Numbered from the stretch's first letter, positions 1 to 12,140 are shown. The stretch is DNA of 32,344 nt from Thiotrichales bacterium (GCA_027036095.1 JALVTA010000124.1:1-32344); one strand, 5' to 3'. Notes: a model not told the origin generated them from the letters alone. Numbers and translations: made by a program.

Positions 1-2
1 TC

Positions 3-683
3 ATCATCGGCTCAGCGCTCAAGGCCATCGAAGGCGACCAGTCCGAAATCGGCGAACCGTCCATCCAGCGACTGATCGAAGCCATGGACGAATACATCCC
101 CACGCCCGAGCGTGACACCGACAAGCCGTTCCTCATGCCCATCGAGGACGTCTTCTCCATCCAGGGCCGTGGTACCGTAGTCACCGGTCGTATCGAAACT
201 GGTGTTGTCAAGGTTGGTGACGAAGTTGAAATCGTCGGTATCCGTCCCACCCAGAAGACCACCGTTACCGGTGTCGAAATGTTCCGCAAGCTGCTGGACG
301 AAGGTGTGGCCGGTGACAACGTCGGTGTTCTGCTGCGTGGCACCAAGCGCGAAGAAGTCGAGCGTGGTCAGGTACTGGCAGCTCCCGGCACCATCAACCC
401 CCACACCAAGTTCGAAGCCGAAGTCTACGTTCTGACCAAGGAAGAAGGTGGTCGTCACACGCCCTTCTTCAACGGCTATCGTCCGCAGTTCTACTTCCGC
501 ACCACCGATGTGACTGGCGAATGTCAGCTGCCCGAAGGTGTGGAAATGGTCATGCCTGGCGACAACGTACAGATGACCGTTGAACTGATTGCGCCGATCG
601 CCATGGACGAAGGTCTGCGTTTCGCGATCCGCGAAGGTGGTCGCACCGTTGGCGCAGGCGTGGTCTCCAAGGTGATTGAGTAA
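3..683 (+). CDS. tuf: Elongation factor Tu (5'-partial)
   Basis: Frame is open from base 3 ([11 protein letters not shown]...). Contains [37 protein letters not shown] and [12 protein letters not shown]. Confidence 0.99.
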   Translation: MIGSALKAIEGDQSEIGEPSIQRLIEAMDEYIPTPERDTDKPFLMPIEDVFSIQGRGTVVTGRIETGVVKVGDEVEIVGIRPTQKTTVTGVEMFRKLLDEGVAGDNVGVLLRGTKREEVERGQVLAAPGTINPHTKFEAEVYVLTKEEGGRHTPFFNGYRPQFYFRTTDVTGECQLPEGVEMVMPGDNVQMTVELIAPIAMDEGLRFAIREGGRTVGAGVVSKVIE

Positions 684-697
684 GCCTGATACGACTG

Positions 698-726
698 TTG
701 ATTTGTCCGGCCTGCCCGGATATAAT
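698..726 (+). promoter_or_regulatory. Sigma70 promoter of the S10 operon
   Basis: TTGATT (698-703), 17-bp spacer, TATAAT (721-726), upstream of rpsJ. Confidence 0.75.
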
Positions 727-740
727 CCGCAGTCCTGAAT

Positions 741-769
741 AGCAGCGGCTTGGCCGCTGCTTTTGTTTT
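741..769 (+). terminator. Intrinsic terminator/attenuator-like hairpin in the rpsJ leader
   Basis: AGCAGCGGC-TTG-GCCGCTGCT followed by TTTGTTTT. Confidence 0.65.
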
Positions 770-792
770 CATATAACACGAAGAGTCGAGTT

Positions 793-1104
793 ATGGCTGC
801 ACAAAACATTCGCATTCGACTGAAGGCTTTTGATCATCGCCTGATCGATCAGTCCGCGAAGGAGATTACGGAGACGGCCAAGAAGACGGGTGCCCAGGTA
901 CGGGGCCCCATTCCGTTGCCGACCCGTAAGGAGCGTTACACCGTTCTTATCTCTCCTCACGTGAACAAGGATGCACGTGACCAGTATGAGATCCGCACGC
1001 ATAAGCGTCTGCTGGATATTGTCGATCCGACTGACAAGACCGTGGATGCGCTGATGAAGCTGGATCTGGCAGCTGGTGTGGACGTCAAGATCGAGCTGCG
1101 CTGA
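793..1104 (+). CDS. rpsJ: 30S ribosomal protein S10
   Basis: [31 protein letters not shown]; start moved to ATG 793. Confidence 0.99.
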   Translation: MAAQNIRIRLKAFDHRLIDQSAKEITETAKKTGAQVRGPIPLPTRKERYTVLISPHVNKDARDQYEIRTHKRLLDIVDPTDKTVDALMKLDLAAGVDVKIELR

Positions 1105-1166
1105 TCATTTACTGGCCGGTCGTCAATCGTAACGATCGGTGGCTGATAATAACGAGGAAATTAATT

Positions 1167-1808
1167 ATGACTATCGGAGTCGTCGGTAAGAAAATCGGTA
1201 TGACTCGCGTGTTCACTGAGGACGGCACCTCCGTTCCGGTGACCGTGATCCAGGTTGAGCCGAACCGTGTTACTCAGATCAAGACCCCGGAAAAGGATGG
1301 CTATGCTGCCATTCAGGTGACCACAGGTAAAAAGCATCCCGGCCGGGTCAACAAGCCCATGGCGGGACACTTTGCCAAAGCTGGCACCGAGGCGGGAGTT
1401 GGTCTCTGGGAGTTTCGTGTCGAAGGTGATGAATCTCTGGATGGCGTCGAGCTGGGCAGCGAGATCACTGTTGAGGTGCTGTCCGACGTCAAGAAGGTTG
1501 ATGTCACCGGCATTACCAAGGGTAAGGGTTTTCAAGGTGGTGTAAAACGCCACAACTTCCGCACGCAGGATGCCAGTCACGGTAACTCGCTCTCTCACCG
1601 TGCACCGGGTTCCATTGGCCAGAACCAGACCCCGGGTCGTGTATTCAAGGGTAAGAAGATGGCTGGTCACATGGGGGCCGAGCGTCAGACTACGCTGAAC
1701 CTGGAAGTGGTTCGTGTTGATGTGGAAGATGGCCTGATTCTGGTCAAAGGTGCCGTCCCCGGCGCCAACGGCGGCATGGTCGTTGTACGCAAGGCAGTCA
1801 AGGGGTGA
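1167..1808 (+). CDS. rplC: 50S ribosomal protein L3
   Basis: [32 protein letters not shown]; S10 operon order. Confidence 0.99.
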   Translation: MTIGVVGKKIGMTRVFTEDGTSVPVTVIQVEPNRVTQIKTPEKDGYAAIQVTTGKKHPGRVNKPMAGHFAKAGTEAGVGLWEFRVEGDESLDGVELGSEITVEVLSDVKKVDVTGITKGKGFQGGVKRHNFRTQDASHGNSLSHRAPGSIGQNQTPGRVFKGKKMAGHMGAERQTTLNLEVVRVDVEDGLILVKGAVPGANGGMVVVRKAVKG

Positions 1809-1813
1809 GAGAC

Positions 1814-2434
1814 ATGGATATCAAACTGATCGATGCGAATACTGGTGACGCTGCGGGGGCCGTTGCGGTTGATGATGCAGTGTTTGCTGCGGCATTCAAT
1901 GAGCCCCTTGTTCATCAGGTCGTGACAGCATACATGGCAAAGTCCCGTGCAGGAACCAAGGCTCAGAAAAGCCGTTCCGAGGTGAGCGGTGGGGGTGCCA
2001 AGCCCTGGCGTCAGAAGGGGACGGGCCGCGCGCGCGCCGGTTCTATCCGAAGCCCCATCTGGGTAGGAGGCGGCCGCGCTTTTCCGAACAAGCCGCGCAG
2101 CTATGAGCAGAAGGTGAATCGCAAGATGTACCGTGCGGCCATGCGCTCCATTCTTTCCGAGCTGGTACGTAGCGGCCGTCTGGTTGTTGTGGATGATTTC
2201 AAGCTGGACGCGCCCAAAACCAAGCAGTTCGTCAGCAAGATGAAGCAGCTGGGCCTGCAAGACGCGCTGGTTGTCACAGAAGGTTTTGACGAGAACCTGT
2301 ATCTGGCGTCCCGCAATCTTTACAACGCTGATGCAACGGATGTGAATGGTGTGGACCCCGTCAGCCTGATCGGCTATGAAACCGTCGTGCTGACCCAGGG
2401 TGCGCTCAAGCAGCTCGAGGAGAAACTGGCATGA
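1814..2434 (+). CDS. rplD: 50S ribosomal protein L4
   Basis: [15 protein letters not shown] motif; ATG 1814 preferred over GTG 1805. Confidence 0.98.
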   Translation: MDIKLIDANTGDAAGAVAVDDAVFAAAFNEPLVHQVVTAYMAKSRAGTKAQKSRSEVSGGGAKPWRQKGTGRARAGSIRSPIWVGGGRAFPNKPRSYEQKVNRKMYRAAMRSILSELVRSGRLVVVDDFKLDAPKTKQFVSKMKQLGLQDALVVTEGFDENLYLASRNLYNADATDVNGVDPVSLIGYETVVLTQGALKQLEEKLA

Positions 2435-2727
2435 ATCAGGAGCGTATCTACCAAGTACTGCTGGCGCCGCACATTTCCGAGAAGAGTGCACTGCTGGCCG
2501 ACAAGGCTGATCAGTATGTGTTTCGGGTCGCGGCCGATGCTACCAAGCCTGAAATCAAGGCAGCGGTCGAGCAGTTGTTCGATGTAAAGGTCAAGTCGGT
2601 CAATGTGATCAATATCCGCGGCAAGCAGAAGTTTTTCCGCGGCCGTCCGGGGCGTCGCAATGGTGTGCGCAAGGCGATTGTCCGCCTCATGCCCGGTCAG
2701 GAAATCGACGTCATTGGCGCTGAGTAA
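2431..2727 (+). CDS. rplW: 50S ribosomal protein L23
   Basis: [26 protein letters not shown]; synteny. Confidence 0.98.
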   Translation: MNQERIYQVLLAPHISEKSALLADKADQYVFRVAADATKPEIKAAVEQLFDVKVKSVNVINIRGKQKFFRGRPGRRNGVRKAIVRLMPGQEIDVIGAE

Positions 2728-2738
2728 GGAGTTTCAAA

Positions 2739-3569
2739 ATGGCTATTGTAAAAAAAGCTAAGCCGACTTCTCCTGGCCGTCGCTTTGTTGTGACAGTCGT
2801 GGAGCCTGCGCTTTACAAGGGCAAGCCCTATGAGCCTCTGCTGGAGCCCAAGCGCAAGACAGGCGGCCGTAACAACAAGGGTCGTATTACCGTTCGTCAC
2901 CGTGGGGGTGGCCACAAGCAGCACTATCGTCTGATCGATTTCAAGCGCAACAAGGATGGTGTTCCCGGTGTGGTTGAGCGGCTCGAATATGATCCCAACC
3001 GTACCGCACACATCGCGCTGATCAAGTATGCCGATGGCGAGCGTCGCTATATTCTGGCTGCCAAGAATCTGAAGGCGGGCGATGAGGTGCTGTCTGGTGA
3101 CGAGGCGCCGATCAAGGTTGGTAACGCGCTTCCATTGCGCAACATCCCCGTAGGTACTGTAGTGCACGCCGTTGAATTGCGCCCGGGCAAGGGTGCGCAG
3201 CTGGCACGCAGCGCCGGAGCCTCAGCGCAGCTTGTGGGCAAGGAAGGCAAGTATGTGCTGCTCCGTCTCCGCTCTGGTGAGATGCGCAAGGTTCTGGCCG
3301 AGTGCCGTGCTACGATTGGCGAGGTAGGCAATTCTGAGCACAACCTGCGCAAGCTGGGCAAGGCGGGCGCCAAGCGCTGGCGCGGTATCCGCCCGACTGT
3401 GCGCGGTGTTGCCATGAACCCTGTTGACCACCCGCATGGTGGTGGTGAAGGCCGTACTTCCGGTGGCCGTCACCCGGTAACTCCCTGGGGTGTGCCGACC
3501 AAAGGCAAGAAGACTCGCAAGAACAAGCGTACGGACAAGATGATCGTTCGTCGCCGCAATGCTAAGTAA
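2739..3569 (+). CDS. rplB: 50S ribosomal protein L2
   Basis: [29 protein letters not shown]. Confidence 0.99.
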   Translation: MAIVKKAKPTSPGRRFVVTVVEPALYKGKPYEPLLEPKRKTGGRNNKGRITVRHRGGGHKQHYRLIDFKRNKDGVPGVVERLEYDPNRTAHIALIKYADGERRYILAAKNLKAGDEVLSGDEAPIKVGNALPLRNIPVGTVVHAVELRPGKGAQLARSAGASAQLVGKEGKYVLLRLRSGEMRKVLAECRATIGEVGNSEHNLRKLGKAGAKRWRGIRPTVRGVAMNPVDHPHGGGEGRTSGGRHPVTPWGVPTKGKKTRKNKRTDKMIVRRRNAK

Positions 3570-3580
3570 GGAAGGACACT

Positions 3581-3859
3581 ATGCCACGTTCAGTTAAAAA
3601 AGGCCCTTTTGTTGATCATCACCTGATGAAGAAGGTGATGCAGGCGCAAGAATCTGGCGATAAGCGTCCGATCAAAACCTGGTCACGTCGCTCCATGATC
3701 GTGCCTGAGATGATCGGTCTGACCATCGCCGTTCACAACGGGCGCGAGCATATTCCGGTGTACATTTCCGAGAATATGGTTGGCCACAAGCTGGGTGAGT
3801 TCTCCATGACGCGCACATTCCGCGGTCATGCAGCCGACAAGAAAGCCAAGAAGAAGTAA
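3581..3859 (+). CDS. rpsS: 30S ribosomal protein S19
   Basis: [21 protein letters not shown]. Confidence 0.99.
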   Translation: MPRSVKKGPFVDHHLMKKVMQAQESGDKRPIKTWSRRSMIVPEMIGLTIAVHNGREHIPVYISENMVGHKLGEFSMTRTFRGHAADKKAKKK

Positions 3860-3871
3860 GGAGTGAATGCC

Positions 3872-4204
3872 ATGCAAGTCAGTGCAACACATCGTTTTGC
3901 TCGCATCTCTCCGCAAAAGGCGCGTCTGGTTGCAGACCTGATCCGCGGCAAGAGTGCTGAAGAAGCAGTCAATATTCTGGCATTCAGCAATCAGAAGGCG
4001 GCCAAGCTCTTCTACAAGGTGCTGCAAAGTGCCATCTCCAATGCGGAGAACAATGAGGGTGCCGACATTGATGAACTGAAAGTGACTGCGGCCTATGTCA
4101 ACGAGGGGCCGCGTCTGAAGCGTCTGCGTGCTCGCGCCAAAGGGCGTGCAAATCGCATTCTCAAGCGCACCAGTCATCTGACCGTCACCGTTGGTGACAA
4201 GTAA
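3872..4204 (+). CDS. rplV: 50S ribosomal protein L22
   Basis: [31 protein letters not shown]; AAGGAG SD 8 nt before ATG 3872. Confidence 0.98.
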   Translation: MQVSATHRFARISPQKARLVADLIRGKSAEEAVNILAFSNQKAAKLFYKVLQSAISNAENNEGADIDELKVTAAYVNEGPRLKRLRARAKGRANRILKRTSHLTVTVGDK

Positions 4205-4215
4205 GGAGAATCGAG

Positions 4216-4920
4216 ATGGGACAGAAAGTACATCCGGTCGGCATCCGTCTGGGCATTACCAAGGACTGGAATGCACGCTGGTATGCCGACAGCAAGCAGT
4301 TTGCCGATTATCTGCTGAGCGACTTTGAAATTCGCAGCTATATCATGAAAAAGCTGGCTCATGCCAATGTGAGCAAGGTCCACATTGAGCGTGTGGCCAA
4401 TGGTCTGCGCCTGACGATCTTTACTGCCCGTCCCGGGGTGGTAATCGGCAAGAAGGGTGAGGATATCGAAAAGCTCAAGGCTGAGATTTCCGCCCTGACA
4501 GGCATGCCGGTCAATATCGATATCTATGAAATCAAGAAGCCGGAGCTGGACGCCAAGCTGGTTGCTGATAGCATCGCCCAGCAGCTTGAAAAACGCATCA
4601 TGTTCCGCCGTGCTATGAAGCGCGCGGTGGGCAACGCCATGCGTCTCGGTGCCGAAGGAATCAAGGTGATGGTGTCCGGCCGCCTTAACGGTGCTGAAAT
4701 CGCCCGGACCGAATGGTACCGGGAGGGCCGTGTTCCGTTGCACACCTTTCGTGCGGATATCGATTATGCCACTTCCGAGGCTGACACCACTTACGGCAAG
4801 ATCGGTGTCAAGGTCTGGATCTTCAAGGGTGAGCGTCTTGGCAAGCTGCCGCTGGACCTGCACAAGCCCGAGTCCGGCAATCGCCGTGATCAGAAAGGCC
4901 GCAAGAAAGGTCGCAGATAA
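4216..4920 (+). CDS. rpsC: 30S ribosomal protein S3
   Basis: [27 protein letters not shown]. Confidence 0.99.
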   Translation: MGQKVHPVGIRLGITKDWNARWYADSKQFADYLLSDFEIRSYIMKKLAHANVSKVHIERVANGLRLTIFTARPGVVIGKKGEDIEKLKAEISALTGMPVNIDIYEIKKPELDAKLVADSIAQQLEKRIMFRRAMKRAVGNAMRLGAEGIKVMVSGRLNGAEIARTEWYREGRVPLHTFRADIDYATSEADTTYGKIGVKVWIFKGERLGKLPLDLHKPESGNRRDQKGRKKGRR

Positions 4921-4932
4921 GAGGAATTTGCC

Positions 4933-5346
4933 ATGTTGATGCCAAAACGTACCAAATATCGCAAGGTCCAGAAGGGCCGCAACCGTGGCCTGGCTCAGGC
5001 GGGCAACAAGGTCAGCTTCGGTGAATACGGGCTGAAGGCGCTGGAGCGTGGTCGTATTACTTCACGGCAGATTGAGGCGGCGCGCCGTGCCATGACGCGT
5101 CACGTCCGCCGGGGCGCCAAGATCTGGATTCGTATCTTCCCGGACAAGCCCATTACCCAGAAGCCCCTGGAGGTGCGTATGGGTAAAGGTAAGGGTAGTG
5201 TTGAATACTGGGTGGCCGAAGTCCAGCCTGGCCGAGTCATGTTCGAGATGCAGGGGGTTGATGAAAGTGTTGCCCGTCGTGCATTCGAACTGGCCGCTGC
5301 CAAGCTGCCGGTCAAGAGTCAGTTCGTAATTAGGTCGGTGATGTGA
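4933..5346 (+). CDS. rplP: 50S ribosomal protein L16
   Basis: [18 protein letters not shown]. Confidence 0.99.
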   Translation: MLMPKRTKYRKVQKGRNRGLAQAGNKVSFGEYGLKALERGRITSRQIEAARRAMTRHVRRGAKIWIRIFPDKPITQKPLEVRMGKGKGSVEYWVAEVQPGRVMFEMQGVDESVARRAFELAAAKLPVKSQFVIRSVM

Positions 5347-5540
5347 TGATGGACGCTAAGACCCTGAGAGAGAAGAGTGTCGATGAGCTCAAGTCGGTCC
5401 TGCAGGATTTGCGCAAGAACCAGTTCAATCTGCGCATGCAGCATGCGACAGGTCAGCTCCAGAACACTGCAGAGCTGCGCAAGGTTCGCCGCAGCATTGC
5501 ACGGGTAAAAACACTCATTCGTGAAAAGCTGGAGGCCTGA
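5346..5540 (+). CDS. rpmC: 50S ribosomal protein L29
   Basis: [21 protein letters not shown]; start could be 5343, 5346 or 5349. Confidence 0.97.
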   Translation: MMDAKTLREKSVDELKSVLQDLRKNQFNLRMQHATGQLQNTAELRKVRRSIARVKTLIREKLEA

Positions 5541-5543
5541 TCT

Positions 5544-5804
5544 ATGACACAGGAAAGCAAAGCCCGCACAGTCAAGGGTGTGGTGGTCTCCAACGGTATG
5601 GACAAGTCAATTGTCGTGCGCGTTGACCGCTATGTGAAGCACCCCAAGTATAAGAAGTTCGTGCGCAAATCCACCAAACTGATGGCCCATGATGAAGACA
5701 ACGCATGCCAGGTGGGTGATACGGTAACAATCGTTGAGAGCCGTCCGATTTCCAAGCACAAGCGTTGGAAGCTGGTAGAGATCAACGAGCGCGCTGCTCG
5801 CTAA
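5544..5804 (+). CDS. rpsQ: 30S ribosomal protein S17
   Basis: [25 protein letters not shown]. Confidence 0.99.
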   Translation: MTQESKARTVKGVVVSNGMDKSIVVRVDRYVKHPKYKKFVRKSTKLMAHDEDNACQVGDTVTIVESRPISKHKRWKLVEINERAAR

Positions 5805-5873
5805 ATTAAACGCAGCAACAATCCGGCAATCCGCTCCGCTTCTTTGGTCAAGCCTGTCTAAAGTGACAGGGAC

Positions 5874-5902
5874 TGGCCAAATTAGCGGTTTTGGTGTATG
5901 AT
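5874..5902 (+). promoter_or_regulatory. Probable spc operon promoter
   Basis: TGGCCA, 17 bp, TATGAT in the rpsQ-rplN gap, where P-spc lies in E. coli. Confidence 0.5.
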
Positions 5903-5941
5903 TTCCGGTTTTCAAACCGCGGTTTTGGATGGAGTGCCGCC

Positions 5942-6310
5942 ATGATTCAGATGCAGACAATTCTGGATGTCGCTGACAACAGTGGAGCGAAGAAGGTCCA
6001 GTGTATCAAGGTGCTTGGAGGTTCCAAGCGCCGTTATGCGAGCGTGGGAGACATCATCAAGGTCTCCGTTAAGGAAGCTGCCCCGCGCGGTCGCGTAAAG
6101 AAAGGTGATGTATATAACGCCGTCGTCGTGCGTACGGCCAAGGGTATTCGCCGCCCTGATGGTTCCAAGATTCGTTTTGACGGCAATGCTGCCGTGCTGC
6201 TCAACCAGAAGCTGGAGCCCATTGGTACGCGCATCTTCGGCCCGGTGACCCGTGAGTTGCGCGGTGACCGGTTCATGAAGATCGTGTCTCTGGCGCCTGA
6301 AGTGCTATAA
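5942..6310 (+). CDS. rplN: 50S ribosomal protein L14
   Basis: [16 protein letters not shown]...[10 protein letters not shown]; GGAG SD upstream. Confidence 0.99.
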   Translation: MIQMQTILDVADNSGAKKVQCIKVLGGSKRRYASVGDIIKVSVKEAAPRGRVKKGDVYNAVVVRTAKGIRRPDGSKIRFDGNAAVLLNQKLEPIGTRIFGPVTRELRGDRFMKIVSLAPEVL

Positions 6311-6322
6311 GGAAGGACAGTT

Positions 6323-6637
6323 ATGAATCGCTTGAAGAAAGGTGATGAGGTCGTAGTCATTGCCGGCAAGGACAAAGGTAAGCGTGGCACGGTCTCTCGT
6401 GTGCTGAAGAACGGTCGCGTTGTCGTTGACGGCATCAATCTGGCCAAGAAGCATGTAAAGCCGAACCCCATGACCGGTGAACAGGGAGGTATTGTCAGCA
6501 AGGAGATGCCGATTCACGCATCCAATGTCATGCTGTTCAATCCCGAAACCGGGAAAGGGGACCGTATCGGCTACCGTTTCGAGGATGGCAAGAAGGTGCG
6601 CTACTTCAAGTCCACCGGCAAGGCCGTTGACGCATAA
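6323..6637 (+). CDS. rplX: 50S ribosomal protein L24
   Basis: [21 protein letters not shown] motif. Confidence 0.99.
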   Translation: MNRLKKGDEVVVIAGKDKGKRGTVSRVLKNGRVVVDGINLAKKHVKPNPMTGEQGGIVSKEMPIHASNVMLFNPETGKGDRIGYRFEDGKKVRYFKSTGKAVDA

Positions 6638-6647
6638 GGATTGAGAA

Positions 6648-7187
6648 ATGGCAAGACTTAAACAGTACTACCGTGAAGAAGTTCTGCCCAAGCTGATGGA
6701 GCGCTTCGGCTACAAGTCGCCGATGCAGGCGCCGCGCCTGGTCAAGATTACGCTCAACATGGGTGTGGGTGAAGCGCTGGGTGACAAGAAGATTCTGGAC
6801 AATGCCATGGAAGACATGGCAGCCATTGCAGGTCAGAAACCTGTCAAGACCTTGGCTCGCAAGTCCGTGGCCGGCTTCAAGCTGCGCGAAGGCTGGCCCA
6901 TTGGCTGCAAGGTGACGCTGCGTGGCGACCGGATGTATGAATTCCTTGATCGTCTGATCAATATTGCTCTGCCGCGTGTCCGTGACTTCCGCGGCGTTTC
7001 ACCGAAGTCCTTTGATGGGCGGGGCAATTTCAACATGGGTGTTCGCGAACAGATCATTTTCCCCGAGATCGAATTCGAGAAGGTAGATGCGATTCGCGGC
7101 ATGGATATCAGCATTACCACGACCGCCGAAACCGATGAAGAGGCGCGGGCACTGCTGGAATCCTTCAATTTCCCCTTTAAGAAGTAA
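6648..7187 (+). CDS. rplE: 50S ribosomal protein L5
   Basis: [28 protein letters not shown]. Confidence 0.99.
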   Translation: MARLKQYYREEVLPKLMERFGYKSPMQAPRLVKITLNMGVGEALGDKKILDNAMEDMAAIAGQKPVKTLARKSVAGFKLREGWPIGCKVTLRGDRMYEFLDRLINIALPRVRDFRGVSPKSFDGRGNFNMGVREQIIFPEIEFEKVDAIRGMDISITTTAETDEEARALLESFNFPFKK

Positions 7188-7195
7188 GGTGCGAT

Positions 7196-7501
7196 ATGGC
7201 CAAGAAATCCATGATTGCGCGTGAACAGAAGCGCATCAAGACAGTGCAGAAATACGCGGAGAAGCGTGCGCGGCTGAAGGCGATTGCCAAGGACATGTCG
7301 CGCCCGTTCGAGGAGCGCATGGCGGCGCTTGAGGCGCTTAACAAGCTGCCTCGCAATGCTTCGCCCGTGCGTGTACAGCGACGCTGCAGAATTACCGGGC
7401 GTCCGCATGCTGTTTACAGAAAGTTCGGACTTTCCCGCAACATGATCCGCCAGTTGGGTATGCAGGGTGATATTCCCGGACTGAAGAAATCAAGCTGGTA
7501 A
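7196..7501 (+). CDS. rpsN: 30S ribosomal protein S14 (long, Zn-free type)
   Basis: 101 aa; [26 protein letters not shown]. Confidence 0.99.
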   Translation: MAKKSMIAREQKRIKTVQKYAEKRARLKAIAKDMSRPFEERMAALEALNKLPRNASPVRVQRRCRITGRPHAVYRKFGLSRNMIRQLGMQGDIPGLKKSSW

Positions 7502-7513
7502 GGGACAGAAATT

Positions 7514-7909
7514 ATGAGCATGTCAGATCCTATTGCGGATATGTTGACCCGCATTCGCAACGCGCAGATGGCGGGTCATGAGCAGGTGGTTGTCACCGGC
7601 TCCAAGATGAAGAAGGCGTTGCTGGATGTTATGGCCCAGGAAGGCTACATCAACGGCTATGACGAAAAAGTCGAAGGTGGCAAGAGCGAGCTGATAGTAC
7701 ATCTCAAGTATTATCAGGGCAAGCCTGTCATCGAGCAGATCAAGCGTGTAAGCCGTCCCGGACTGCGTGTCTACAAGAAGAAAGACGAGCTTCCCAAGGT
7801 AATGGGCGGTCTGGGCATTGCAATCGTATCCACATCCAAAGGTGTGATGACCGACCACCAGGCACGCAAGGCTGGCCTGGGTGGCGAGGTTGTCTGCACC
7901 GTGGCCTAA
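7514..7909 (+). CDS. rpsH: 30S ribosomal protein S8
   Basis: [33 protein letters not shown]. Confidence 0.99.
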   Translation: MSMSDPIADMLTRIRNAQMAGHEQVVVTGSKMKKALLDVMAQEGYINGYDEKVEGGKSELIVHLKYYQGKPVIEQIKRVSRPGLRVYKKKDELPKVMGGLGIAIVSTSKGVMTDHQARKAGLGGEVVCTVA

Positions 7910-7919
7910 GGAGAGAAAG

Positions 7920-8453
7920 ATGTCACGTATTGCAAAATCTCCCGTCGCGGTTCCGGCAGGTGTCGATGTGACGATTGAAGGCCAGACGGTCACGGTCAAG
8001 GGCCCGAAGGCAACCCTGACTCGCACATTCAACGATGCCGTCGAGATTACTCGGGAAGGCGACGAGATCCGTTTCGCGGCCCGTGAAGGCTACTCAGATG
8101 GTTGGGCCCAGGCAGGAACGGCCCGTGCGCTGGTGAACAATATGGTCATCGGTGTGACTGAGGGCTTTGAGAAAAAGCTCCAGCTGGTGGGTGTAGGCTA
8201 TCGTGCTCAGGCCCAGGGCAAGTCGATCAATCTGACCCTGGGGTTCTCCCACCCTGTCGTCCATGAGCTGCCGGAAGGGGTTACGGCCGAAACGCCGTCT
8301 CAGACCGAAATTGTCATCCGTGGTGCTGACAAGCAGCTGGTCGGGCAGGTGGCAGCGGAAATTCGTGCCTATCGTCCCCCGGAGCCCTACAAGGGCAAGG
8401 GCGTCAAGTATGCCGACGAGCGCATCCTGCGTAAGGAAGCGAAGAAGAAATAA
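7920..8453 (+). CDS. rplF: 50S ribosomal protein L6
   Basis: [22 protein letters not shown]; AAGGAG SD. Confidence 0.99.
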   Translation: MSRIAKSPVAVPAGVDVTIEGQTVTVKGPKATLTRTFNDAVEITREGDEIRFAAREGYSDGWAQAGTARALVNNMVIGVTEGFEKKLQLVGVGYRAQAQGKSINLTLGFSHPVVHELPEGVTAETPSQTEIVIRGADKQLVGQVAAEIRAYRPPEPYKGKGVKYADERILRKEAKKK

Positions 8454-8471
8454 GCTTGAGGGTTTAGGAAA

Positions 8472-8825
8472 ATGGATAAGAAAAAGGCTCGACTGCGTCG
8501 TGCTCGCAAGACCCGCGCCCATGTCAAGCGTCTTGGCATGCCGCGCCTGACGGTGCATCGCACTCCGCGTCATATCTACGCGCAGGTGATTTCCGCTGAC
8601 GGGGCGACGGTTGTCGCTGCAGCAAGCACGGTGCAGCCTGACGTAAAGGCACAGGTTAAATCCACCGGCAACAAAGATGCTGCCGCCGTTGTCGGCAAGA
8701 TTGTGGCCGAGAAGGCGAAGGCGGCCGGTGTGACCAAGGTGGCCTTTGATCGTTCCGGCTTCAAGTACCACGGCCGGGTTCAGGTGCTGGCTGACGCCGC
8801 CCGTGAAAACGGACTCGAATTCTAA
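8472..8825 (+). CDS. rplR: 50S ribosomal protein L18
   Basis: [21 protein letters not shown]. Confidence 0.99.
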   Translation: MDKKKARLRRARKTRAHVKRLGMPRLTVHRTPRHIYAQVISADGATVVAAASTVQPDVKAQVKSTGNKDAAAVVGKIVAEKAKAAGVTKVAFDRSGFKYHGRVQVLADAARENGLEF

Positions 8826-8837
8826 GGAAGGTGTGAT

Positions 8838-9347
8838 ATGGCTTCACATGAAATGCAGGACAATCAGGAACAGCTGATTGAGAAGCTTGTCTCGGTTCGC
8901 CGGGTAGCAAAGGTGGTCAAGGGCGGCCGCGTGTTCGGTTTTTCTGCACTGTGCGTCGTCGGTGACGGAAATGGCCGCGTCGGCTATGCCAATGCCAAGG
9001 CAGCCGAGGTGCCGGTTGCGATCAAGAAGGCGATGGAGAAGGCCCGTCGCAACATGCGCAAGGTCCATCTGAACAATGGCACCGTTTACTATCCGATCAA
9101 CTACAAGCAGGGCGCTGCCAATATCATCATGCTGCCTGCATCCGAAGGTACCGGTGTCATTGCCGGTGGTGCTATGCGCGCCGTCCTGGAAGCGGCAGGC
9201 GTGAAAAACGTACTGGCCAAGTGCGTCGGTACGACCCGACCGGTCAATGTCGTGCGTGCTACAGCCGATGCTCTGGCTTCCATGAGCAGCCCGGAGGAAG
9301 TGGCGGCCAAGCGTGGCAAGTCCGTTGAAGAGATCATGGGTGAGTAA
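8838..9347 (+). CDS. rpsE: 30S ribosomal protein S5
   Basis: [22 protein letters not shown]. Confidence 0.99.
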   Translation: MASHEMQDNQEQLIEKLVSVRRVAKVVKGGRVFGFSALCVVGDGNGRVGYANAKAAEVPVAIKKAMEKARRNMRKVHLNNGTVYYPINYKQGAANIIMLPASEGTGVIAGGAMRAVLEAAGVKNVLAKCVGTTRPVNVVRATADALASMSSPEEVAAKRGKSVEEIMGE

Positions 9348-9349
9348 TC

Positions 9350-9535
9350 ATGGCTGACAAGAAAATCAAGGTAACGCTGGTCAAGAGCCTCATCGGTCGG
9401 CTGCCCAAGCACAAGGCCTGCGTAAATGGGCTGGGTCTGCGTAAGATCAATCAGACCGTAGAGGTTCTGGATACACCTGAAAACAGGGGCATGATCAACA
9501 AGGTGGCCTATCTGCTGAAGGTAGAGGAAGCTTAA
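9350..9535 (+). CDS. rpmD: 50S ribosomal protein L30
   Basis: [23 protein letters not shown]. Confidence 0.98.
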   Translation: MADKKIKVTLVKSLIGRLPKHKACVNGLGLRKINQTVEVLDTPENRGMINKVAYLLKVEEA

Positions 9536-9536
9536 G

Positions 9537-9971
9537 ATGCGATTGAATACACTGAAACCTGCTGAAGGATCCAAGAAGGCCAGAAAGCGCGTTGGCCGTG
9601 GTCCGGGCTCCGGTCTGGGCAAAATGGGTGGGCGTGGCCACAAGGGGCAGAAGTCCCGTTCCGGTGGCTATCACAAGGTCGGCTTTGAAGGTGGTCAGAT
9701 GCCCATTCAGCGTCGTCTGCCCAAGTTCGGCTTCACGTCCCGCAAGTCCCTGCGTCGGGCAGAGGTGCGTCTCAGTGAACTCAACAAGGTTGAGGGCGAT
9801 GTGATCGATCTGGCTGCACTCAAGGCGGCTGATGTAATCAGCGGCAAGGTGGCAGAGGTCAAGATCATTCTGTCCGGTGAGATCTCGCGCCCCGTCACGG
9901 TCGTAGGCATCAACTGCACCAAGGGTGCACGCGCGGCCATTGAGGCAGCTGGCGGCAAAGTGGAAGCCTGA
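9537..9971 (+). CDS. rplO: 50S ribosomal protein L15
   Basis: [30 protein letters not shown]. Confidence 0.99.
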   Translation: MRLNTLKPAEGSKKARKRVGRGPGSGLGKMGGRGHKGQKSRSGGYHKVGFEGGQMPIQRRLPKFGFTSRKSLRRAEVRLSELNKVEGDVIDLAALKAADVISGKVAEVKIILSGEISRPVTVVGINCTKGARAAIEAAGGKVEA

Positions 9972-11296
9972 TGGCCATGAATCCCACTCTAGACAGCGGA
10001 CAGGCCAAGGCCGTTAGCGAACTGATGCATCGCATCTGGTTCGTGTTGGGTGCCATCATCGTCTTTCGGCTGGGTGCGCATGTTCCTGTTCCAGGAATCG
10101 ATGCAGGTGCACTCGCCGCACTGTTCGACCAGCAGAAGGGCACGATCCTGTCCATGTTCAATATGTTCTCAGGCGGAGCACTGAGACGTTTCTCGGTCTT
10201 CGCCCTCGGGATCATGCCATACATTTCTGCTGCAATCATCGTCCAGCTGCTCAGCCACATTTCACCGACCATGTCCCAATGGCGCAAGGAGGGTGAAGCG
10301 GGTAAGCGCAAGCTGACCAAGTACACGCGCATCGGTACGGTTTTCCTTGCGACCTTCCAAGGGCTCGGGATCGCAGTTGCGCTTGAGTCTCAAAGCATTG
10401 GTGGGCATGGCGTGGTCATTGATCCGGGCCTGACATTCAAGGTTATCGCCGTATCGACGCTTGTGGCCGGCACGGTTTTTCTGATGTGGCTGGGTGAGCA
10501 GATCACGGAGCGGGGTCTGGGCAACGGCATCTCCATCATCATCTTTGCCGGGATTGTCGCTGGCCTTCCTGCCGCACTAGGTGGAACGCTCGAGCAGGTG
10601 CGCACGGGTTCGATCCATGTGATCAGCCTGTTCGTCCTGCTTGCGCTGATCATCGCAGTCACGGCCTTTGTGGTTTTTATGGAACGCGCTCAGCGGCGCA
10701 TTCCCATACAGTATGCCCAGCAGATGCGTGGTCGCCGTATGTATGGTGGTCGCCAGGAAGGCTTCCTGCCGTTGAAGATCAACATGGCAGGCGTGATTCC
10801 ACCAATCTTTGCCTCCAGCATCATCCTGTTCCCGGCGACGATTGCCGGCTGGTTCGGCAGCAGTGAAGGGATGGGCTGGCTCAAGGACCTGGCCACGACG
10901 CTATCACCCGGTCAGCCGCTGTATGTCTTGCTGTATGCGCTGGCGATCATTTTTTTCTGCTTCTTCTACACGGCGATCGTGTTCGATCCCCGCGAAACGG
11001 CAGAAAACCTGCGCAAGTCGGGCGCGTTCATTCCCGGCATGCGCCCCGGAGAGGCGACCGCCCGTTACATCAACAAGGTCATGGAGCGCCTGACCCTGGC
11101 TGGTGCGCTCTACATTACGGCGGTCTGTCTGCTGCCGGAGTTTCTCATCCTCTACTGGAATGTTCCCTTCTATTTCGGAGGAACATCACTGCTCATCATT
11201 GTCGTGGTCGTGATGGACTTCATGACACAGGTACAGGCGCAGCTGATGAGCAGCCAGTACGAAAGCATGATGAAGAAGGCAAAGCTTAATCGTTGA
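9971..11296 (+). CDS. secY: Preprotein translocase subunit SecY
   Basis: Multiple TM segments; [35 protein letters not shown]. Confidence 0.99.
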   Translation: MAMNPTLDSGQAKAVSELMHRIWFVLGAIIVFRLGAHVPVPGIDAGALAALFDQQKGTILSMFNMFSGGALRRFSVFALGIMPYISAAIIVQLLSHISPTMSQWRKEGEAGKRKLTKYTRIGTVFLATFQGLGIAVALESQSIGGHGVVIDPGLTFKVIAVSTLVAGTVFLMWLGEQITERGLGNGISIIIFAGIVAGLPAALGGTLEQVRTGSIHVISLFVLLALIIAVTAFVVFMERAQRRIPIQYAQQMRGRRMYGGRQEGFLPLKINMAGVIPPIFASSIILFPATIAGWFGSSEGMGWLKDLATTLSPGQPLYVLLYALAIIFFCFFYTAIVFDPRETAENLRKSGAFIPGMRPGEATARYINKVMERLTLAGALYITAVCLLPEFLILYWNVPFYFGGTSLLIIVVVVMDFMTQVQAQLMSSQYESMMKKAKLNR

Positions 11297-11326
11297 TTTG
11301 GAGTGGCTGAGGAGCGCCGGTTCGGT

Positions 11327-11332
11327 TATAAT
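11327..11332 (+). promoter_or_regulatory. -10 element of the probable alpha-operon promoter
   Basis: Perfect TATAAT 43 nt upstream of rpsM; -35 is weak. Confidence 0.55.
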
Positions 11333-11375
11333 CGCGCGTTTCTCAGAATTTGAGATTTATTAGGAGAGTAGCAAG

Positions 11376-11732
11376 ATGGCACGTATTGCCGGCGTAAACT
11401 TGCCCCTGAACAAGCACGTGGTGATCGGGCTTCAAGCCATTTACGGCATTGGTCCGACCCTGTCCAAGAAGATCTGCGAGGCTGTCAAGCTGGATCCCAC
11501 TACTAAGGTGCGTGATCTGACAGAAGACCAGCTGGCTGCCCTGCGTGAAGAGATCAGCAACTACAAAATTGAAGGCGATCTGCGCCGCGAAATTTCCATG
11601 AACATCAAGCGACTGATGGACATGGGCTGCTATCGTGGCATCCGTCACCGCCGTAACCTGCCCGTCCGTGGGCAGCGTACCAAAACCAATGCGCGCACCC
11701 GCAAGGGTCCCCGCAAGCCGATCAAGAAATGA
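11376..11732 (+). CDS. rpsM: 30S ribosomal protein S13
   Basis: [26 protein letters not shown]. Confidence 0.99.
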   Translation: MARIAGVNLPLNKHVVIGLQAIYGIGPTLSKKICEAVKLDPTTKVRDLTEDQLAALREEISNYKIEGDLRREISMNIKRLMDMGCYRGIRHRRNLPVRGQRTKTNARTRKGPRKPIKK

Positions 11733-11747
11733 CAGGTGAGTTGAGAC

Positions 11748-12140
11748 ATGGCTAAAGGAAAGAAAAACGCTCCCAAGAAAAAGGTCAAGCAGGTCGTGAC
11801 TGATGGTGTCGCGCATGTCCATGCTTCCTTCAACAACACGATCGTGACCATTACCGATCGTTCCGGCAATACCCTGTGCTGGGCAACTGCCGGTGGAAGC
11901 GGTTTCCGCGGTTCTCGCAAGAGCACGCCTTTTGCTGCGCAGGTGGCTGCAGAGCGTGCCGGTGAGATGGCCAAGGAATTCGGCATGAAGAACCTGGAAG
12001 TCAAGGTCAAGGGGCCCGGTCCGGGTCGTGAATCTGCCGTACGTGGTCTGCATGCCGCCGGTTTCAAGATCACCGCTATTGCCGATGTGACGCCGATTCC
12101 GCACAACGGCTGTCGTCCGCCGAAGAAGCGTCGAGTGTAA
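11748..12140 (+). CDS. rpsK: 30S ribosomal protein S11
   Basis: [31 protein letters not shown]. Confidence 0.99.
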   Translation: MAKGKKNAPKKKVKQVVTDGVAHVHASFNNTIVTITDRSGNTLCWATAGGSGFRGSRKSTPFAAQVAAERAGEMAKEFGMKNLEVKVKGPGPGRESAVRGLHAAGFKITAIADVTPIPHNGCRPPKKRRV

